A stretch of 64,000 bases of DNA from Candidatus Latescibacterota bacterium (lineage in GTDB: Bacteria > Latescibacterota > UBA2968 > UBA8231). The stretch's first letter is position 1, and every line of letters starts with the position of its first letter. Shown one piece after another: positions 57,428 to 64,000 of the stretch. The translations under genes and the position numbers were made by a program. The stretch lies in assembly GCA_965215195.1 (NCBI GenBank), contig CBDCDC010000002.1, positions 192,001 to 256,000 of the forward strand, written 5' to 3'. The notes under the pieces are model-generated. The model saw only the letters and a program-made list of their open reading frames with translations, did not search any database and had not been told where the DNA came from.

Positions 57428-59632
57428 GTGACTCAAAAGCCATATAAGCGCGGGATCACGCGGCGGGCGCAAGCCCTTGACTGGCTGGGTGGGCGCTTCA
57501 TTTCCTTGGGCGGCATCGGCATTATTGCAGCCGTCTTGGGGATATTCGTCTTCGTCCTCGCCGAGGCTTGGCCCCTGTTTAGCGCCCCGGCGCTAAAAGC
57601 AGAAAAGGCGCACCAAGCGGCCGGCGCATTCGCCATTGGGCTCGATCCCTATTACCAGACCGCGTATGCGGTCGGCCCGCAAGGCGTGGATTTGTTGCGG
57701 TTGGACGATGGCCAAATCATCCGCCGCGAGCGGCCGGCCGAGTTGGCGGGCCGCGAGGTAACGGCCGCACAGCGTGCGCCAAACGACGTTTTGGCACTGG
57801 GCACGGACGATGGCCACCTGCTGGTGGCGCAGGTTCGCTTTCGGCTCGATTACAGCAGCGGTCAGCGGCAGGTGGTGCCGCAATTTGCGGCTGAGCGCCT
57901 CGTGGCGGTCGATCCAGCGGGCGAGCCGCTGGTGCAGGTGGCCTTTCGGGAAGGGGACGACGGCCGCTCGGCCGCGGCCGCGATTGCGGCGAGTGGCCGC
58001 TTGGTGGTGATGATAGCCGAGCAGCAGCAGGGCCTATTGGGGCCGGGCGAGCGCAAAGCCATGCACTACGAGCTAACGGCCGACTTCGACGGCAAGGCCA
58101 CGCAGGTGCTGCTCGACGGCCGCATTCGCCAAGTGCTCGTGGGCACAGACCAAGGGCAGGTATGCGAGTGGCGGCTGGGTCCAGTGGAGCAAGCGCCGGC
58201 GTTTGCCGGGTGCATGGCCGTCTCAGAGGCTGCGGTCTCGGCGCTGGCCTACGCGCTGGGCGAGATTTCGCTGGTCGTCGGCGACGCGGCCGGGCGCGTC
58301 AGCACTTGGTTTAAGGTCGAGGAAGCCGGGCAGCGCTCGTATCGCAAAATCCACGCCTTGGCCTCTCATGCGGCGGCCGTTACCCACATTGCCGCTTCCG
58401 TGCGCGACAAGCAGTTTCTCACGGCCGACGCCGACGGGGCGATAGCCCTGCACCACCTGACCTCCGAGCAGACGGCCTTGCAATGGCCGGGCCAATCCCC
58501 GGTGGCCGCGTTGGTCTTCGCGCCCAAGGTCGACGGGTTTTTGCTCCTCGGCCAAGATGGGTGGTTGCGGTGCTTTGCCCTAGACCACCCCCATCCCGAA
58601 ATCAGCGCGGCCGTGCTCTTCGGCCCCATCTGGTACGAGGGCTACCAAGGCCGCGAATACGTGTGGCAGTCCACCGGCGGCACGGACGAGTTTGAGCCGA
58701 AGCTCAGCTTGGTGCCGCTGATTTGGGGCACGGCCAAGGGCACCCTCTACGCCATGCTCTTTGCGCTGCCCTTGGCGATTTTAGCGGCCATTTACACGGC
58801 CGAATTTGCCGCGCCGCGGGTGCAGGGCTTGGTCAAGCCGTCCGTGGAGGTCATGGCCTCGTTGCCGAGCGTCATCTTGGGCTTTCTCGCCGGCTTGTGG
58901 CTGGCCCCCCTGCTCGAATCGCACTTGTTGGGGACCTTGCTGCTGCTGCCGACCGTGCCGGTCGTGGTCATGGCCGCGGCTTGGTTGTGGCAATACGCCC
59001 CGGCCGCTTGGGTGCGCGGGGTAGCGCGGGTGGGGGAGATGTACTTGCTCGGCGCGGCTACCCTGCTGGTCGCTTGCGCGGCGTACGCGCTGGGCCCGGC
59101 CTTTGAGGAACTGGCCTTTGACGGGCACTTCCTGCGCTGGCTGCGGCAAGACGCCGGCGTTGGCTACGACCAGCGCAACTGCTTGGTGGTGGGGTTTGCC
59201 ATGGGCTTTGCGGTCATTCCGCTGGTCTTTACGATATGCGAGGACGCGCTCTCCAGCGTGCCCGGGCACTTGCGCGCCGGCTCGCTGGCCTTGGGGGCCA
59301 CGCCTTGGCAGACGGCGATCAAGGTGGTGTTGCCCATGGCCCTGCCGGGCATTTTCTCGGCCGCCATGATCGGGCTCGGCCGCGCCATTGGGGAAACCAT
59401 GATCGTGCTGATGGCCACGGGCAATACCCCGATCATGGATTGGAACATCTTCAACGGTATGCGCACCATCTCGGCCAATATCGCGGTGGAGCTGCCCGAA
59501 GCGCCGCACCAAGGTACGCTCTACCGAGTGCTCTTCCTCAGCGGCCTGCTGCTGTTTGTGGCCACCTTCTGCATCAATTCGCTGGCCGAGGTCGTGCGCC
59601 AGCGCTTGCGGGACAAATACAATCGACTGTGA
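57428..59632 (+). CDS. pstC: Phosphate ABC permease PstC with large beta-propeller-like periplasmic domain
   Basis: KPSVEVMASLPSV, EDALSSVP, GRAIGETMIV, RTISANIAVE. Confidence 0.92.
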   Translation: MTQKPYKRGITRRAQALDWLGGRFISLGGIGIIAAVLGIFVFVLAEAWPLFSAPALKAEKAHQAAGAFAIGLDPYYQTAYAVGPQGVDLLRLDDGQIIRRERPAELAGREVTAAQRAPNDVLALGTDDGHLLVAQVRFRLDYSSGQRQVVPQFAAERLVAVDPAGEPLVQVAFREGDDGRSAAAAIAASGRLVVMIAEQQQGLLGPGERKAMHYELTADFDGKATQVLLDGRIRQVLVGTDQGQVCEWRLGPVEQAPAFAGCMAVSEAAVSALAYALGEISLVVGDAAGRVSTWFKVEEAGQRSYRKIHALASHAAAVTHIAASVRDKQFLTADADGAIALHHLTSEQTALQWPGQSPVAALVFAPKVDGFLLLGQDGWLRCFALDHPHPEISAAVLFGPIWYEGYQGREYVWQSTGGTDEFEPKLSLVPLIWGTAKGTLYAMLFALPLAILAAIYTAEFAAPRVQGLVKPSVEVMASLPSVILGFLAGLWLAPLLESHLLGTLLLLPTVPVVVMAAAWLWQYAPAAWVRGVARVGEMYLLGAATLLVACAAYALGPAFEELAFDGHFLRWLRQDAGVGYDQRNCLVVGFAMGFAVIPLVFTICEDALSSVPGHLRAGSLALGATPWQTAIKVVLPMALPGIFSAAMIGLGRAIGETMIVLMATGNTPIMDWNIFNGMRTISANIAVELPEAPHQGTLYRVLFLSGLLLFVATFCINSLAEVVRQRLRDKYNRL

Positions 59633-61224
59633 TGGGCTTCTGGCGTCGGGGCGACCCTTTTATCTGGCTTACGGGCGGGGCATTGGCCCTGTGCTTGGCG
59701 ATGATCGCCGGCTTGGTGGGGATCATTGCCTATCACGGCACCGGCGTGTTCTGGCCGCAGGATTTGACCCTGTTGCGCCTCAAAGAGGGCCCGCCGATCA
59801 TGGGCAAACTAGTGGACCGCCAGCCCATTCCCGGGGCCGCCGGACGCTATCGAGTGCAGCTAAAGGTCGGCAACCGCGACGTGTATGGCCAAGACTTTCG
59901 CTGGGTGGATGAAGACGCGATTGCCGAGCGCGAAACGCCGCTTGAGGCCGTGGTCTTTGAGCGGGTTGAGTGGGGGGATATGCACGGCTTTATCGCGGCC
60001 TTGTACGAGGAGGAGCGGCTGCTGGCCAAAGGGGAGGGGGTCTGGGGGGCCTTGCAGGAGTTGATGGATCAGGCCGGCGAATTGGGCGAGCGCATCCGCG
60101 CCTTGGAGCGCGGAGCAATCAGCGAGTTCAACCACGAGATAGAGGACTTGCGCCGGCAAGAGCGGCGCTTGCAAGGCGAGCAAAACGACGCGCAACGCGC
60201 CGCCAACGAGGAGCGCCGCCAGGCCCTGTGGGCCGAGCACGAGGCCCTGTCCGGGCGCTTGGACGAGCTGCGGGCGCAGCAGGAGCGCTGGGCGGTGGAG
60301 GTTGTGCTGGCCGGAGGCGCAACGCGCCGCGTGGCCGTGGGGGCCATCGTCCGCGCCTATCGCCCCAATTTGATGGGCGTCGGGGCCAAGGTGCAGACCT
60401 ATCTGTCCAAGGGCTGGGAGTTCGTGGCGGGCGAGCCGCGTGAATCCAACACCGAGGGCGGCATATTCCCCGCGCTCTTTGGCACGGTGATGATGGTGGT
60501 GCTGATGAGCTTGGCGGCCGTGCCCTTTGGGATCCTCGCGGCGCTCTACCTGCGCGAGTACGCCCGGCAGGGCCTTTTGGTGCGCCTCGTGCGCATTGCG
60601 GTCAACAACTTGGCCGGCGTACCTTCCATTGTTTTTGGCATGTTTGGGCTGGGCTTCTTCGTGTACGGCATCGGCGGCAGCATTGACCAGCTCTTTTACG
60701 CGGATGCCCTGCCGACGCCCACCTATGGCACCGGCGGCATTCTCTGGGCTTCGCTGACCCTCGCCCTGCTGACGGTTCCAGTCGTCATCGTCGCCACCGA
60801 GGAGGGCTTGGCGGCCGTGCCGCGGGAGATGCGCGAAGGTGCGCTGGCTTTGGGGGCGACCAAATTTCAGATGATTTGGAGCGTGGTCCTGCCCAGCGCC
60901 CTGCCGGGCATTCTCACCGGGGTCATCTTGGCCACGGCGCGCGGGGCCGGCGAGGTTGCGCCGCTGATGATCACCGGCGTCGTCAAGCTGGCACCGGATT
61001 TACCGCTCGATGCGTTCGCGCCGTTTTTTCACCTAGAGCGCAAGTTTATGCACTTGGGCTTCCACATCTACGACGTGGGCTTCCAGTCGCCCAATGTGGA
61101 GGCGGCCCGGCCCATGGTGTACACCACGGCCCTGCTGCTGTTGGCCATTGTGTTGCTCTTGAATTTGACGGCGATTGTCGTCCGCAACAAACTGCGTAGG
61201 AAATACGCCATGTCGGCCTTTTAG
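59632..61224 (+). CDS. pstA: Phosphate ABC permease PstA
   Basis: [33 protein letters not shown]. Confidence 0.94.
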   Translation: MGFWRRGDPFIWLTGGALALCLAMIAGLVGIIAYHGTGVFWPQDLTLLRLKEGPPIMGKLVDRQPIPGAAGRYRVQLKVGNRDVYGQDFRWVDEDAIAERETPLEAVVFERVEWGDMHGFIAALYEEERLLAKGEGVWGALQELMDQAGELGERIRALERGAISEFNHEIEDLRRQERRLQGEQNDAQRAANEERRQALWAEHEALSGRLDELRAQQERWAVEVVLAGGATRRVAVGAIVRAYRPNLMGVGAKVQTYLSKGWEFVAGEPRESNTEGGIFPALFGTVMMVVLMSLAAVPFGILAALYLREYARQGLLVRLVRIAVNNLAGVPSIVFGMFGLGFFVYGIGGSIDQLFYADALPTPTYGTGGILWASLTLALLTVPVVIVATEEGLAAVPREMREGALALGATKFQMIWSVVLPSALPGILTGVILATARGAGEVAPLMITGVVKLAPDLPLDAFAPFFHLERKFMHLGFHIYDVGFQSPNVEAARPMVYTTALLLLAIVLLLNLTAIVVRNKLRRKYAMSAF

Positions 61225-61232
61225 GAGATGCA

Positions 61233-62000
61233 ATGAGCAAGCCTCCAGCCCCCATCGTCGAAGTGGAAAACCTGAACATGTTCTACGGCGCGACTCAGGC
61301 CCTGCACGACATTGACCTGCGCATTCCCGAGGGCGAGGTGACCGCGTTTATCGGGCCTTCGGGCTGCGGCAAATCAACGCTCTTGCGCTGCTTCAATCGC
61401 CTCAACGACCTGATCGAATCCGCGCACATTGAAGGCTCGGTGCGGGTCAGCGGCCGCGACATTTACGCGCCCAATTGCGATGTGATCGACTTGCGGCGGC
61501 GGGTGGGCATGGTGTTCCAAAAGTCCAATCCCTTCCCCAAGTCCATCTATGAGAACGTGGCCTATGGCCTGCGGATCGCCGGGGAAAACCGCCGCTGGGT
61601 ACTCGACGAAGCCGTGGAGAAGAGCTTGCGAGCGGCCGCGCTGTGGGACGAGGTCAAGGACCGGCTCAAGGACGGGGCTATGGGCCTGTCCGGCGGCCAG
61701 CAGCAGCGGCTGTGCATCGCGCGCACCCTCGCGGTTGAGCCGGAGGTGGTGCTGATGGACGAGCCTTGCTCGGCGCTGGACCCGATTGCCACCGCGCGGA
61801 TCGAGGAGACGATCACCGAGTTGAAGTCCGCTTACACCATCATCGTGGTCACGCACAATCTGCAACAGGCCGCGCGGATTTCCACGTATACGGCCTTTTA
61901 TTATCTAGGCGCCTTGATCGAATTCAGCCAGACCGCAGACATGTTCACCAATCCCCGCAGCAAACAGACCGAAGACTACGTAACCGGCCGCTTCGGCTGA
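61233..62000 (+). CDS. pstB: Phosphate ABC ATPase
   Basis: [35 protein letters not shown]. Confidence 0.97.
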   Translation: MSKPPAPIVEVENLNMFYGATQALHDIDLRIPEGEVTAFIGPSGCGKSTLLRCFNRLNDLIESAHIEGSVRVSGRDIYAPNCDVIDLRRRVGMVFQKSNPFPKSIYENVAYGLRIAGENRRWVLDEAVEKSLRAAALWDEVKDRLKDGAMGLSGGQQQRLCIARTLAVEPEVVLMDEPCSALDPIATARIEETITELKSAYTIIVVTHNLQQAARISTYTAFYYLGALIEFSQTADMFTNPRSKQTEDYVTGRFG

Positions 62001-62014
62001 GGTGGAAAGGCACC

Positions 62015-62704
62015 ATGGAGCGAAAACTTGACCACCAATTAGACGCGCTCAAACAGGACTTATTAAAGATGGGCGGGGCCGTTGAGGAGTCCATTGAGCA
62101 GGCCGTGTGCGCCCTCGTGGACCGCGACGACGCGCTGGTGCAGAAGGTGATCGCCAGCGGCAAGAAGATCGACGATTGGGAAATTGGCATTGAGGAGACT
62201 TGCCTGAAGATATTTGCCACCCAAGGGCCGATGGCCAGCGATTTGCGCCTGTTGGCCTGCACCCTGAAAATCAACGAAGATCTAGAGAGAATCAACGACC
62301 AAGCCGTCAACATTGCCCAGCGCGCCGAGGTGCTCAATAAGCTGCCGCTCCTCAAGCCGCTGATCGACATACCGCGGATGTCCGAATTGGCGCAGGGCAT
62401 GGTCAAGGACGCCCTCGATGCGTTCGTGCGCCGCGATGTGGAGCTGGCCCGCGCCGTGGGTCAGCGCGACGAAGAGCTCGACCTGTTGCGCGACCAGATT
62501 TTTCGCGAACTGCTCACCTACATGCACGCGCCGTCAATTGGGCCGGACACCATCGAGCGCGGTATCTACTTGATTTTAGTGTCGCGGCACCTCGAAAGGA
62601 TTGGCGATCACGCCTCCAACATCGCCGAGAACGTGGTATTCCTCGTGGAGGGGCGCATCGTGCGGCACCAAAAAGAAGAGTGGTGGGAGGAAAACGACTC
62701 GTGA
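62015..62704 (+). CDS. phoU: Phosphate signalling protein PhoU
   Basis: PMASDLR, DLERIND, LERIGDHASNIAE. Confidence 0.95.
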   Translation: MERKLDHQLDALKQDLLKMGGAVEESIEQAVCALVDRDDALVQKVIASGKKIDDWEIGIEETCLKIFATQGPMASDLRLLACTLKINEDLERINDQAVNIAQRAEVLNKLPLLKPLIDIPRMSELAQGMVKDALDAFVRRDVELARAVGQRDEELDLLRDQIFRELLTYMHAPSIGPDTIERGIYLILVSRHLERIGDHASNIAENVVFLVEGRIVRHQKEEWWEENDS

Positions 62705-63393
62705 GCGACAAAATTCTGGTTGTAGAAGACGAGCCCGACATCCTCGCCTTGGTCTCGTATCATCTAGAACAATCCGGTTTTGCGGTCGTGCCGGCCGAGG
62801 ACGAAGAGCAGGCCCTAAGCGTGCTGGAGCAGAATAGGATCGGCCTCGTGGTCTTGGATCTGATGCTGCCGGGCATCGGTGGCTTAGAAGTCTGCCGCCT
62901 CCTCAAGCAAAACCCCTGCACGAAGGACATACCCGTCTTGATGCTGACAGCGCGCGCCGCAGAGATTGACCGCATTGTCGGCTTGGAATTGGGGGCGGAC
63001 GATTACTTGGTCAAGCCCTTTTCCCCGCGCGAGCTGGTCTTGCGCATCCGCGCCATCTTGCGCCGCGTCGAGGGTTGTGGCAAAGCGGAAGCCGCGCAGA
63101 TCGTGGCTGGCCCCTTGGCCATTGATCCGGTGGGATGTCAGGTGCAGCTCGACCGCGACCCCATTGAGCTGACCGCGACCGAGTTCAAGCTCTTGACGAC
63201 CCTTGCACAGCGGCGCGGGCGGGTGCAGTCGCGGGAGGAGTTGCTCAAGGTGGTGTGGGGCTACGAGTACATTGGCTACCACCGCACGGTTGACACGCAC
63301 ATCCGTCGCCTGCGGGAAAAACTCGGGGCGGCCGCCGAGATGGTCGAAACCGTGCGCGGTATGGGCTATCGCTTTCGCCGGGAGGGGGGATAG
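62701..63393 (+). CDS. phoB: PhoB/OmpR-family response regulator
   Basis: VVEDE, LDLMLP, GADDYLVKPF, RTVDTHIRRLREKL; pst context. Confidence 0.9.
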   Translation: MSDKILVVEDEPDILALVSYHLEQSGFAVVPAEDEEQALSVLEQNRIGLVVLDLMLPGIGGLEVCRLLKQNPCTKDIPVLMLTARAAEIDRIVGLELGADDYLVKPFSPRELVLRIRAILRRVEGCGKAEAAQIVAGPLAIDPVGCQVQLDRDPIELTATEFKLLTTLAQRRGRVQSREELLKVVWGYEYIGYHRTVDTHIRRLREKLGAAAEMVETVRGMGYRFRREGG

Positions 63394-63394
63394 G

Positions 63395-64000
63395 GTGCGC
63401 CTCGGGTGGATGTTGCTTCTGAGCAACGCGCTCTTGGCTGTGCTCGCGTGGTGGAGCACTCACATCGCGCTCGCGCTCGTGCTGGCCGCGCTTTGGGCTG
63501 GGGGCCAAGTCTGGTTCTGGGGCCGGGCTGCCCGCCGGCAGGGCGAGCGCTTGCGCCAGCTCGACCAAGCAGCCCTCGACGATCCAGCTTGGGTGTTTCA
63601 TCCCGAGCTGGCGCAAGCCCTAGAGGACCTCGCGGATCGCAGGCAACAGCGCATCCATCGCCTAGAGAGCGAAAATAACCGCTTAGAGGTCATCCTCGAA
63701 AGCATTACCGAGGCCATCTTGGTCGTCGATTGCACTGGCCGGGTGGTGCTGGCCAACAAGGCGCTGGCCAACCTGTTCGGCTTAGATCCGCCGTTAGATG
63801 GGCTGTTGATCGCCGAGGTCGTGCGTTGCGCGGCCATCCAAGACGCGCTGACCGGGTGTTTGGCCGAAGGGCGGGGCCGAGCCATGGAGGTGGAGCTGAG
63901 CGGTGCCCTGCGGCTGAGCTCAGGTCGAAGCCCGGAGCGCCATTTGGACGTGCAGGTCGCGCCGGTCTTCGAAGGGAACGAGTGCATCGGCGCGGTGGTG
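63395..64000 (+). CDS. phoR: PhoR-like sensor kinase (3'-truncated by window edge)
   Basis: Open frame from GTG 63395 with two TM helices, then PAS start RLEVILESITEAILVVD...ANKAL. Confidence 0.8.
   Translation, partial: MRLGWMLLLSNALLAVLAWWSTHIALALVLAALWAGGQVWFWGRAARRQGERLRQLDQAALDDPAWVFHPELAQALEDLADRRQQRIHRLESENNRLEVILESITEAILVVDCTGRVVLANKALANLFGLDPPLDGLLIAEVVRCAAIQDALTGCLAEGRGRAMEVELSGALRLSSGRSPERHLDVQVAPVFEGNECIGAVV

Noticed and set aside
57428-61224. Unusually long PstC/PstA with extra periplasmic domains
   Set aside because: A known variant architecture in several phyla; not novel.

Overview
GC-rich bacterial chromosome segment. A T9SS/FlgD-type C-terminal sorting domain and an expanded LRR lipoprotein family suggest an FCB-group organism, possibly a host-associated Latescibacterota/Gemmatimonadota-like lineage (inference). 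Four blocks. (1) 1-12.9 kb is a mosaic type III-B CRISPR-Cas locus. It contains cmr4, cmr5, cmr6 fused to a C-terminal cold-shock domain, a TPR-AEP-PriL primase-polymerase (CAPP) overlapping cas1, then cas2, a leader and a 32-repeat array. These are followed by an intact group II intron-type RT-maturase-HNH ORF with no visible intron ribozyme on either side, a CARF-HEPN effector with a late frameshift, decayed cas fragments and a relic second array with a variant repeat. (2) 12.9-35 kb holds housekeeping genes: HAD, SDRs, murG-HEAT, mraY, recG, aminotransferase V, aspartate kinase, a two-component system with SDR and a QueA-like gene, qor, an S1 protein, trpBA and glgC. (3) 37-52 kb is a tandem array of seven LRR lipoprotein paralogs with a near-constant N-terminal LRR module and a variable C-terminal LRR module. 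Three MITE families sit in its intergenic regions, and the array lies between a TonB-dependent receptor and a secreted T9SS-type protein. (4) 52-64 kb is a phosphate locus: TonB receptor, porin-like protein, pstSCAB, phoU, phoB and partial phoR, with Pho-box-like repeats.
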